A stretch of 32,000 nt of DNA from Trichodesmium erythraeum IMS101 (GTDB lineage: Bacteria; Cyanobacteriota; Cyanobacteriia; Cyanobacteriales; Microcoleaceae), in NCBI RefSeq assembly GCF_000014265.1, contig NC_008312.1, positions 840,001 through 872,000 of the forward strand, written 5' to 3'. Below, in pieces: positions 1-9,079 of this stretch (its first letter is position 1; each line of letters begins with the position of its first letter). Made by a program: the position numbers and the translations under genes. The notes beneath the pieces are model-generated. The model was not told where the DNA came from. It worked only from the letters and a program-made list of their open reading frames with translations, and searched no databases.

Positions 1-298
1 AATTTGATCTGACTGAGTTTGAGAATTTATAAAAGTCCGCGCCCTGTTTGCATAGTACTATATTACTAGACCAACACAGCTAAAATATTGCCATAAGCGT
101 AAGTAGAGTTTCAGAACTTAGCCAGATATCATGATATGAATTCCCATGCATGAATGCTATGCTTAGGCAAAAATTCAGAAATTTAAGTAATTAACACAAA
201 AGGAATAACTTTTTTATACCATTAACGCTCTTGAATTTTGTTAATTATTATTATGTTATGTGAACATTGTATACAGCATCCTTATTGCCACTTTGTCA

Positions 299-420
299 CA
301 CCCCATAACCCCATACCCTCAAACCCTCACAGTTTTATACCCTCACACCCTCAAACCCTCAAACCCTCAAACCCTCACACCCTCAAACCCTCACAGTTTT
401 ATACCCTCACACCCCCCCAC
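299..420. repeat. STRR-type short tandem repeat tract (heptamer ACCCTCA/CCCTCAA family) containing a duplicated 36-nt block
   Basis: Runs of accctca/ccctcaa heptamers. The block accctcaaaccctcacagttttataccctcacaccc occurs twice (315-350 and 379-414). ORF-track entries 238-423 and 260-505 are translations of this repeat. Confidence 0.85.
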
Positions 421-598
421 TAAAGAAAATGCAAAAAAATTTTTGAGAAATGGCATTAGAATAATTCACAACACCAAAAAAAATGAGGTAGGTATCTGGG
501 TTTAACTTTTATCTTTAAGGGCCTATATTTGAAATGGAGTTGATATAATAACAAAAGTTAAATTTAATTAAGATTAATAGTAAATCTGAAGATTTTCT

Positions 599-1864
599 AT
601 GCAACGACCAATTGGTATTGATTTATTTGCAGGCGCAGGAGGTATGACTCTTGGATTTGAACAAGCAGGATTTGATATACCTATTTCCGTAGAATTAGAC
701 CCTATTCACTGTGCTATTCATAAGTTTAATTTTCCCTTTTGGTCCATATTATGTCGTAATGTTGTCGAACTCACAGGGAATGAAATTAGAGAGAAATTAA
801 ATATTCCAAATAGAGAAATTGATGTAATTTTTGGAGGTCCTCCATGTCAAGGATTTTCTCAGATTGGAAAACGTGCTTTAGACGATCCTCGAAATGCGCT
901 TATATCTCATTTTTTACGAATAGTTTTGGAATTAAAACCCAAATATTTTGTCATAGAAAATGTTAAAGGTTTAACTGTAGGAAAACATCAAATTTTTCTT
1001 GAGGAAGTTATTAATAAATTATCTAAAAATAGTTATCAACTACAACTGCCTTACCAAGTTTTAAATGCTGCTAATTATGGTGTACCACAACACCGAGAAA
1101 GATTATTTATACTAGGATGTAAAAAAGGTTTAAAATTACCAAATTATCCACAAATTCAAATACATAAAAAATCAGAAGCCTATATAAATGTCTGGGATGC
1201 AATAGGAGATTTACCAGAAGTAGAAAATTATCCAGAATTATTAGAAATAGACTGGGTAAAAGCAGAAAATGACTATGATAAACCAAGTGAATATGCTAAA
1301 AAACTCCGTGGAATTGAATATTTTAACAATGATTATTCTTATGAACGTGAATACGACCAGACAATATTAACCTCTAGTTTACGCACAAAACATACACAAC
1401 AATCAATAGCAAGATTTGATGCTACAGCACAAGGAAAAACTGAGCCAGTAAGTCGCTTTTATAAACTGAATCCTCACGGTATTTGTAACACACTCAGAGC
1501 AGGGACTCCAAGTAGTAGAGGTTCATATACTTCTCCTAGACCAATACATCCATTGACACCCAGATGTATCACAGTTAGAGAAGCAGCAAGACTACATTCA
1601 TATCCTGATTGGTTTAGATTTCATGTGACAAAATGGCATGGTTTTAGACAAGTAGGTAATTCAGTTCCACCACTATTAGCAAAAGCAGTTGCTCAAGAAA
1701 TTATTCATGCTTTAAATATTCAACCATTTAAACCTACAAAGACAGAATATGAGTTAGAAAATCTCAAAAATTTAGAGCTTAATATGTCTAGAGCCGCCGA
1801 TTTATATGGTATTGATAGATATACTATTGCACCCAGACTAAGAAAGTTAAAATTAAATAATTAA
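599..1864 (+). CDS. dcm: DNA (cytosine-5)-methyltransferase, solitary (no restriction partner seen)
   Basis: 421-aa ORF with an ATG start. It carries the ordered m5C-MTase motifs: I DLFAGAGG, IV GGPPCQGFS, VI ENVKGL, VIII QHRERLF, X GNSVPP. About 50 aa of tail follow motif X. Confidence 0.92.
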   Translation: MQRPIGIDLFAGAGGMTLGFEQAGFDIPISVELDPIHCAIHKFNFPFWSILCRNVVELTGNEIREKLNIPNREIDVIFGGPPCQGFSQIGKRALDDPRNALISHFLRIVLELKPKYFVIENVKGLTVGKHQIFLEEVINKLSKNSYQLQLPYQVLNAANYGVPQHRERLFILGCKKGLKLPNYPQIQIHKKSEAYINVWDAIGDLPEVENYPELLEIDWVKAENDYDKPSEYAKKLRGIEYFNNDYSYEREYDQTILTSSLRTKHTQQSIARFDATAQGKTEPVSRFYKLNPHGICNTLRAGTPSSRGSYTSPRPIHPLTPRCITVREAARLHSYPDWFRFHVTKWHGFRQVGNSVPPLLAKAVAQEIIHALNIQPFKPTKTEYELENLKNLELNMSRAADLYGIDRYTIAPRLRKLKLNN

Positions 1865-2841
1865 TTAATAATTAGTCAGTTAATTTAGGAGTATATTATA
1901 TCACAATAAAAATTATAAAAAATGGAGATTATAACAAAATAAGATAATTTTTATTTATAGATAAATATGGATAAAAACCAGAAGTAAATCAAATAAGCTT
2001 TAGTGTGAAAGAAGTCAAAAATCAAGCTATCGAAGTATATAGGAATAAATAAATAAAAACATCTTTATAAAATTCACCTGACTTACTTTATACATATAAA
2101 ATTAGATCGCCTTTACCAAGAATGATTCTAGATACAGGAAATTGGATTATAGAAGCAAGAGGAAAAGGGAAATTATGCTTTTGTGAAAATAAAATAACAC
2201 CTTATTAACTGGCTTTTGTTTTCAATCTCATAAGCATCTACACAAAATTATTTACAAAGTATGATTTTTAAATAAGGATTAGATTTCAGCGTATTTCAAT
2301 ATATAATAATAAGCCTCAAAAATATTGCTATACTTGTATTTTATATTTTTAAATACTATTTATTGACGTAGTTTTATTATTAACTAACTTCTGTAATTTT
2401 TTCCAGTCCTAGTTTGCTAACTTCGGTGAGTAGCATCAAGGTTTGATAAATATATAATTGACTTTTTTCACCACCTATTAAGACTTTTATTAGTAATATA
2501 AAAAAAGTTTAAATAGATGACTTATATATTATAATTGATAGAAATAGAATTAAGTATATCACCCCTTTAGAAACTAAAGGCACTTACTTTTGAAAGATAT
2601 AAATTAGACTTGGGTTCAAGTGTCAAACTTCGTAAGATTTGCTAGACAATTTTTCCCAAAACTAATTTGTCAAAATGTGGTAGCAAAATCTATAGATAGA
2701 GACAGAATTTATTTAACAAAATTCAGAGAAAAAATAAACTAGAAAGAAACAACGATTCAAAAAATAGAATAGAAATGTATAAACTAATTATAAAAAATAC
2801 AGGTAGTTAATAAGTTTACCGATAATGAATTCTGCTTTTGC

Positions 2842-3717
2842 TCAATCATCTTTTGAGGAATTAAAGTTTTTTTCCCCTTGAGATTCTATGCCATCAATTT
2901 TTTCTTTAGCTTCTGTGATTACTTCCTGAATTCTGGTAGAAAACTTATCTATAATTAACTTATTTTTTAGAGTTTTTTTTTGTGTAGAGTAACTTGGAAA
3001 ATATTCCTGTTTTTGTTCAGCTTTTTCGGTCACAACATCTTGTTTTTCTTGAGCTTTTTTTTGCATAACTTTAGCTCTTTCTTTAAATCTTAGAGCTAAT
3101 TTATTTGCTTGATTCTGTGCGATATCAATATGTTCTCTAGTTCTAACTAAATCCGCTTGTAAAAAGTTCTGAATAAGACTTAATTTTTGAGCCACTCCTC
3201 TATCATAATACTGAGAATTATCTAGATAATTATTAACTACTATTACCCGTTTATTACCCACACTTGAAATTGCTTCTGGATTCAATAAATAAATACTATT
3301 TAAAGCACCTTGCAAACCATTATATTTAAACAAATAATTAACTATTTCACCTGTTTTAATATTGAGAAGATATTCTACAATAAAACCTACTTTTTCCCCT
3401 GTATCAGTCCAAACTTCATTTCCAATTATGTGAATAATATTATTATAATTTTCTAAATTATTTGGCTGTGATTTTCCATTAACTAGAGTAGCATCAACAC
3501 CAATAGTCTCAACTTGTTTCCAAGTAAAATATTTTTTTTGTCTACCAAAAAAACCAGATTTACAGATAAAACCTATAACCTGATGAGATTGAATGTTGAG
3601 GCATAATTCTTCTATACAACCTTGATCTTCAACTGTTTCAATATCAAGCACTAACCTTTTTAATAATTGACTATGTTTGATTACCTCTGGTATTTTGTTC
3701 ACAATTTTATTCCTCAA
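2842..3717 (-). CDS. PRC-barrel domain-containing protein (two PRC-barrel-like repeats plus a K/E-rich tail)
   Basis: Two segments fit the PRC-barrel pattern: LLKRLVLDIETVEDQGCIEELCLNIQSHQVIGFICK...VETIGVDATLVN and IIGNEVWTDTGEKVGFIVEYLLNIKTGEIVNYLF...VIVVNN. The track start is TTG at 3717; GTG at 3702 is an alternative start. Confidence 0.7.
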   Translation of the reverse strand: MRNKIVNKIPEVIKHSQLLKRLVLDIETVEDQGCIEELCLNIQSHQVIGFICKSGFFGRQKKYFTWKQVETIGVDATLVNGKSQPNNLENYNNIIHIIGNEVWTDTGEKVGFIVEYLLNIKTGEIVNYLFKYNGLQGALNSIYLLNPEAISSVGNKRVIVVNNYLDNSQYYDRGVAQKLSLIQNFLQADLVRTREHIDIAQNQANKLALRFKERAKVMQKKAQEKQDVVTEKAEQKQEYFPSYSTQKKTLKNKLIIDKFSTRIQEVITEAKEKIDGIESQGEKNFNSSKDD

Positions 3718-3858
3718 ACAGAGCTTTGATAAATATATATATTTAATTTAGGAATAAGTAATACCATTTGGAAAAAATATTATTACAAATAGTATCAGCT
3801 CCAAAGAAGGAAGCTTTAATACCATATATCTTTGAAGACTAATTGTGGAAACATTTTA

Positions 3859-3880
3859 GGGAATTGGGAATTGGGAACTT
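3859..3880. repeat. short STRR tract (GGGAATT heptamer, about 3 copies)
   Basis: The sequence reads gggaattgggaattgggaactt directly. Confidence 0.7.
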
Positions 3881-4595
3881 GCAATTGAAGGCAATTGATG
3901 TCAGAAAAAAACTTTTATTATGGGTAATTAATGATACTTGATATCAGAGAAGGAAGAACCTTAAATTTAGGGTAGATGTTACTCCCACTTTTACACCGAA
4001 CCATAGCAACGAACATGATGTACGAATACTCTTACCCGTTTGACCTGATAGAGTTGATAAAAATGAAGGTTTCAACTACCCCAAACCTTAAAAGTATCTG
4101 TCTTTCTCTATGAGTGAAAGTTAAATAGGATCTATATTCCTATAATTTCCATCCCCTAGTTTTGTAATATATTGAGTATTATACTTATTGTTCTTTTTGT
4201 TTGCGCAGCATTCTACAGAAAAGTTGGGATCACCTCTCATACTGCTTATTCCCTCGGGACTTTTGTCATTGGAGGGTCTAACCCCTTTTTTTCAGATTTC
4301 TTAGGTTTACAGCTTATCTATTCCTCTCTATGCCTAGGGTTTGGGTTTGCAAGCCTTTCTATAAAACATAAATCTGCCAGTACAAATAGTTAATCCAGTA
4401 TGTTTTACTGAATCTGTATACCCTGCATTTTTATTTCATAGATGAGCATAGATTAAATTTATCCTAGCATTAAACGATAAAAATATAACGAATAAAACTT
4501 ATATGTAATGCTACTTGTATTAAATAGCTATTCCAGAAGGACGAAGCTTTAGACTCTAATATAGGTAAAAATAAAAAAAATCAAAATTAATTCTA

Positions 4596-5066
4596 TTAAA
4601 AAGATAAAACTATTTTTCTATCTGTCTTTTTAGATTTTGTATTTTTAAATAATTCTTGTTGCTGAGATTTGGGATCAAATGTTGTGCTTAATAGGGGAAC
4701 TTCAAGTTTTTCTTTTTTTCTTTGTAAGTAATAATTTTTCCTTTGTTTCAAATTAACTTCTTTTGATTGCTCCTGGAGATATATAGCAACTTTAGGTCCA
4801 CTCATAGCTAAATTAATTATCAACCCATTGACTAGCTTAACTTTCGTGATTGGTTTACCATCAATGTATGTACCATTGCGACCTAAATTAATAATTTCCC
4901 AGTGATCATGATCACTTTTTAATTCAACATGATAACGAGAAACCACGGAACTATAAAGAACTACGTCATTATTTGGAGAACGCCCAATCTTAATGATCGG
5001 TTGATGATCAAAAGTCCAGCTTCTAACTGGCATAGCCTGAAGTGGATGCACTAGTGTTATTCTCAT
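4596..5066 (-). CDS. FHA domain-containing protein
   Basis: N-terminal FHA signature IGRSPNNDVVLYSSVVSRYHVEL...NLGRNGTYIDGKPI, followed by a basic K/R/Q-rich tail. The track start is GTG at 5069; the next codon, ATG at 5066, is the more likely start. Confidence 0.85.
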   Translation of the reverse strand: MRITLVHPLQAMPVRSWTFDHQPIIKIGRSPNNDVVLYSSVVSRYHVELKSDHDHWEIINLGRNGTYIDGKPITKVKLVNGLIINLAMSGPKVAIYLQEQSKEVNLKQRKNYYLQRKKEKLEVPLLSTTFDPKSQQQELFKNTKSKKTDRKIVLSF

Positions 5067-5868
5067 CACATCTGTTATTTAAGGTTTTAGTAGAGCAGTC
5101 TAAGACAATTGTAGATGATTTAGTTCAGTAGTGCTAGAAAACTAATGACAGAAAGTGGGAAAAATTTTATCTTAGTTTTTGGGCAGTTAAAATGCCTTCA
5201 AAGTAGTGAGGGGTAAAAGACATAAATATTTCAGAATAAAAATAGCTCAAATCTAGATATATCAGGAAACAGGTTAATTAAATTTAAAAGTTTTGGATTA
5301 TAAACCTTTGATGCTATTTTCAACTTATGCTTTTGGCTAAAGTACCGACATAAAATTACTTAATGACTAAAATCTGATAATTTATAGGATGACAAGGTCC
5401 AAAAATGCAAATCTCAAAAAGCTTGTTATGTGCTTAAGTGAATCTTAGGGAGTAGGGGAGTAGGAGAAGATGACAATCAAATACAGCATTATTATTCAAA
5501 CATGGTATTTATAAGTAGAATTATTTTTCCTATATCATCTTAACTGAGAACAGTGAATAGAAAACACTGGGCTCATGAACGTCTCCTACTCCAATTGAAA
5601 TCTTTGTATTCAGGTAATATAAAAATCATAAAATCCCCAAAAGTCCTTCTTTGTGGCACAGACTTGCCTAATACATCTGATACCAAAGTTATTTCGCTAC
5701 ACAACATATGAAGTATTTATCAACCATGACAAAGTTTTAGGTTAGTTAAATATTTTTAATGTCGCGCAGCGAAACCCTAACAAACCTGAGGTTCTTCTAA
5801 AAAAACCGAATTATATATAGAAAAACCATGAGCTAAGGATTTTAATCAAGCCATGGTCTAACACTTAA

Positions 5869-6687
5869 CTAAGAAATTTGAAAAAGGAATGAAACTAAGT
5901 CTCCTTTCCCTAAAGATATCCGATCACCTGGTCTTAACTTATGTCTATTTCCTTTTGTCAAAGGAGTATTATTGATATAAGTACCATTGGAACTACCAGT
6001 ATCTTCAATATAATAACTATCTCCTTCTACTCTAATATCAGCATGACTCCGAGAAACTACTTCAGAGTCAGGAAATCCTGAAACATCAATATCTGGAGGT
6101 ACCTTGTCATTAGGTTTACCAACATGAATCACAGATAAATTAATTGGTAATTCAATATTTGTATCTGTTCTGACGTGGAGCAACTTAGCAGACATATTTT
6201 GCAACTGGGTCCTTACCGGAATTGCTTTTCCGCCATTGGGAGCAGGAGAACTTACTATTGGAGTAGCCACAGGCGTGCTAACAGTATTAGTTGTTGTTGG
6301 GGGCTCCTCTTTCTGAATAGGAATTGGAGTCTTAGGGTTGCTAGATTTTTCTAAGTTAACTGTTCCAGAAAGCAAAGGTTCTGGTGTCACTAATGGTTCT
6401 GGTAGGTCTAGCTGAGGTATGTTTATAGGTATATTTGTATCTGGTTCAGGCATGGCTGATACTGCAGTTGGCACCGGTATTGGATCTGTTTGGGATAAAA
6501 TTTGACCTTCCTCTGTATTAGCACTACCTTTCAGGTCTACACCACATTGACCACAAAAGGCAGCATCAGCTTGAACTATTGCCCCACAATTATAACAATT
6601 TGTAGTCACTGGTAAGGGAGTGTAACAGCTTTCACATTGGTTTGCTCCATCAGGATTCTGATAGTTGCAATTAGGACAGACAATCAT
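5869..6687 (-). CDS. fraH: double zinc-ribbon / Pro-rich linker / C-terminal FHA protein, FraH-like
   Basis: Two CxxC...CxxC ribbons at the N-terminus (CPNCNY..CESC and CYNCG..CGQCG). A P/T/S-rich middle region follows. The C-terminal FHA domain reads VSRSHADIRVEGDSYYIEDTGSSNGTYINNTPL. AAGGAG lies 8 nt upstream of the ATG. The architecture matches Anabaena FraH. Its position directly downstream of pgl matches my recollection of the Anabaena locus, which I have not verified. Confidence 0.7.
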   Translation of the reverse strand: MIVCPNCNYQNPDGANQCESCYTPLPVTTNCYNCGAIVQADAAFCGQCGVDLKGSANTEEGQILSQTDPIPVPTAVSAMPEPDTNIPINIPQLDLPEPLVTPEPLLSGTVNLEKSSNPKTPIPIQKEEPPTTTNTVSTPVATPIVSSPAPNGGKAIPVRTQLQNMSAKLLHVRTDTNIELPINLSVIHVGKPNDKVPPDIDVSGFPDSEVVSRSHADIRVEGDSYYIEDTGSSNGTYINNTPLTKGNRHKLRPGDRISLGKGDLVSFLFQIS

Positions 6688-6949
6688 TTATCTTCTCCTT
6701 GCTATCGCTCAGATGATTAAAATACAAAATTGACATCCTGCCAAAAGTATAATTAGGGGTTAGGGGGCACTGCGGGATTCCTTGTGATTCGTTTAAGATT
6801 AATTACCGAAAAACTGGGTTTAAAGCCTCGCCTTTCCTGGGCAACTTTTTAGTAGTTGTTTTTTTTAATACATATTTTATCATATATCTTATAATAAATG
6901 TTAATTATTAGCCTGGGGAAAGTGCGAGGCAAAAAACAAATACACCAGG

Positions 6950-6982
6950 CAAAGAAAACACCCCACTCTTAAGAAGTGGGTG
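6950..6982 (-). terminator. Rho-independent terminator candidate downstream of pgl
   Basis: On the minus strand, the hairpin cacccacttc-ttaa-gagtggggtg is followed by TTTTCTTTG. It lies about 110 nt after the pgl stop. Confidence 0.5.
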
Positions 6983-7090
6983 CAATAGCCTGAGTGAGCT
7001 AATGCTAAGTGCCAAATGTTAACTCACACAGCTAGGCCTCAGCTCAGTAGAACTCCCCCAGGCCTAACAGCTACTGGAGAATGTCAATTC

Positions 7091-7798
7091 TCAAATATTA
7101 ACACCCGTTAATAACCATTGTAGCTCTCCTTTAGGTTGGATCAGGCGACTGGGATAATTCATATCATCACCTTTTTCTGCAAATACTTCGTCTAACGCGG
7201 CTTGTTTGTCTGCACCAGCAACTAGAAAGATTACGCAACGTGCTTGATTGATTAATGGAACCGTGAAAGTTAATCGCGGTTGGCCATCTTTATTTCCTAC
7301 AGTAATTAGGCGATCGCTTACTTTCAAAGCGTTTGTATGGGGAAACAAGGAGGCTGTATGACCATCACCTCCCATTCCTAGTAAAATCAAATCAAAGCTC
7401 GGAAACTCCCCTGTAGAGACTTGAAAAAAATCTCGCAAATGAGCATCATGCTTTAAAGCATCAGCTTCCGGGTCTCCCGACCCTGTTTCCATAGGATGAA
7501 CATTTGTTGCTGGTATGGTTACTTGATCTAGCCAAGCTTCTCTGGCCATTTTTTGATTACTATCCGGATGGTCAGGAGCTACATAACGTTCGTCGCCCCA
7601 AAATACATGAATTTTATCCCAATCTATATTTTGATTTTTTATGAACTCATAAAGTGGCCTTGGAGTATTTCCACCAGCTAAAGCTATTGTACATTGATTA
7701 CGTTCTCTGATCGCCTCTTGAATTTTCGCCAAGCAAATGTCCAAAGCTTGTTTGATCAACTGTTCTTTATCTTCTAGTAACTTAACTTGTTTTTCCAT
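7091..7798 (-). CDS. pgl: 6-phosphogluconolactonase
   Basis: 235 aa with LAGGNTP and the GMGGDGHTASLFP motif typical of the Pgl/DevB family. Confidence 0.95.
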   Translation of the reverse strand: MEKQVKLLEDKEQLIKQALDICLAKIQEAIRERNQCTIALAGGNTPRPLYEFIKNQNIDWDKIHVFWGDERYVAPDHPDSNQKMAREAWLDQVTIPATNVHPMETGSGDPEADALKHDAHLRDFFQVSTGEFPSFDLILLGMGGDGHTASLFPHTNALKVSDRLITVGNKDGQPRLTFTVPLINQARCVIFLVAGADKQAALDEVFAEKGDDMNYPSRLIQPKGELQWLLTGVNI

Positions 7799-8638
7799 TT
7801 GATTTGTGTTAAGATTAAAAGTTTACACCCCAAAAAATAGTATTTTTTCTAAATTTGGGTATCACGGCCATACGGTAGCGGTTTTGATTGAGATTCGACA
7901 GTTCTCTAGTTCTTCAGGCTCAAGAGAGTTAAAGCTCTATTCCTAAAGTGGTGTGCTGTGGCCTGGAACTTAAAAGCTATCATTAAGCATTAAGAAGTAA
8001 AAATAGATTTTTTTTTAAGTATTTGTAAGCTTTGAGGGATTTACCTGCAAACAATTTAGCACTCATAAGTTGATTAAGTTTAGGGTCATAATACAATTAA
8101 AGTTATAGTTATAGTAGATTTCCGACAAATGGGTTACAGGAGGAAATAGTAAGACTTTATTTATTATTGGCAGCCTAACCGGCCTTATGTACCTCACGAT
8201 CAGTGGAAAGGGCGAGAAGTGCTGTAAACTTAAAGATTAGAGATTAAGTATCTGAAGCCAAAAGAACAATAGGGAAAATATTAAACATATTAATGTTTAT
8301 TAAGACTAGCAACATTTAGAGGGCAATATGCAAAAAAAAAAGTTTTTGAGTAACAAATAACATTTCTCTACCAACGAATCCCAAGCAAGTATTTAGACAT
8401 CTCTGAAAATGGTCAAATATTAACTCTAGCTATCTATATTTTGATTAGGGATATAGTTGTCGCATTTGTGAAGTATGCCCATATCCCGCAGCAAAATGGT
8501 ATCTTCATAAGATAGTTAATTTTTATAATCAAATAAGTTTTGTAGATATTTACCTATTAAAATTATTAATATTAACTTAGCTAAAGATAGTCAAAAAGTC
8601 CTGTTTTTTATATTAATTATTATTATGTAAATGTTTCA

Positions 8639-8664
8639 GGTTTTAGGTTTTAGGTTTTAGGTTA
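8639..8664. repeat. STRR tract (GGTTTTA heptamer, about 3.5 copies)
   Basis: The sequence reads ggttttaggttttaggttttaggtta. An inverted 11-mer copy (aacctaaaacc) lies at 8886-8896. Confidence 0.8.
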
Positions 8665-8770
8665 AGGGTTGAAAAATCCACAAATTGCTCACAAGGGCAA
8701 GACTCACCGCTATTCGTGCTCTTAAACGCTATCTTTAGAGGCTTTCTGGCATTCGCCCTGAGGATCATGT

Positions 8771-8826
8771 AGTGATCTTTGTGTAAGTCCTTAATATGTT
8801 ACTACCAAATCCATTAATTTAGGCCC
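8771..8826 (-). mobile_element. solo remnant resembling the sequence downstream of the TnpB fragment at 29004-29120 (IS200/IS605-type right end)
   Basis: Plus-strand agtgatctttgtgtaagtccttaatat...gttactaccaaatcc...attaatttaggccc aligns in blocks, with gaps, to agtgtctttgcctaagtcct...gtaagtcctaatat...gttactaaatct...ttaattaaggctc at 29004-29120. Confidence 0.4.
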
Positions 8827-9079
8827 TGGTTTTTCCATAGGAACTTTTTACTTCAATCATTTTCTATCTTTGCTCTCTACCACCAAACCTAAAACCACCA
8901 AATCTAATAACTATTTTTGTTGTTAACTATTAAATCACCAAGCTACTAAAACTACTAAAATTTAACATATGAATAAATGGAAATAATCAGTTACTAAGAA
9001 AAAAGTTATTCTAATTTGAAACAATAAAGCAGAGGTTTATGAGTAAATAAATCTTTAAATAAATAAAAAAGGAAAATTT

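Noticed and set aside
238-505. ORF-track entries 238-423 and 260-505 (P/T/S/H-rich peptides)
   Set aside because: They are translations of the heptamer STRR tract. The periodic amino-acid pattern mirrors the DNA repeat, and there is no start context.
4172-4393. 73-aa hydrophobic ORF starting at TTG
   Set aside because: It has no ribosome-binding site and no recognisable motif. It is short, with a TTG start, in AT-rich DNA. It cannot be supported as a gene, but it is not excluded either.
7880-8075. tmRNA (ssrA)-like elements: gattgagattcgacag resembles the tmRNA 5' region, and GCA AAC AAT TTA GCA CTC ATA AGT TGA could encode an ANN... tag
   Set aside because: I find no G-rich acceptor 5' end, no T-arm and no ..CCA 3' end within 400 nt. 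The putative tag ends in ..LIS rather than ..AA. The resemblance rests on short strings and on my memory of tmRNA sequences. An Rfam tmRNA covariance search would settle it.
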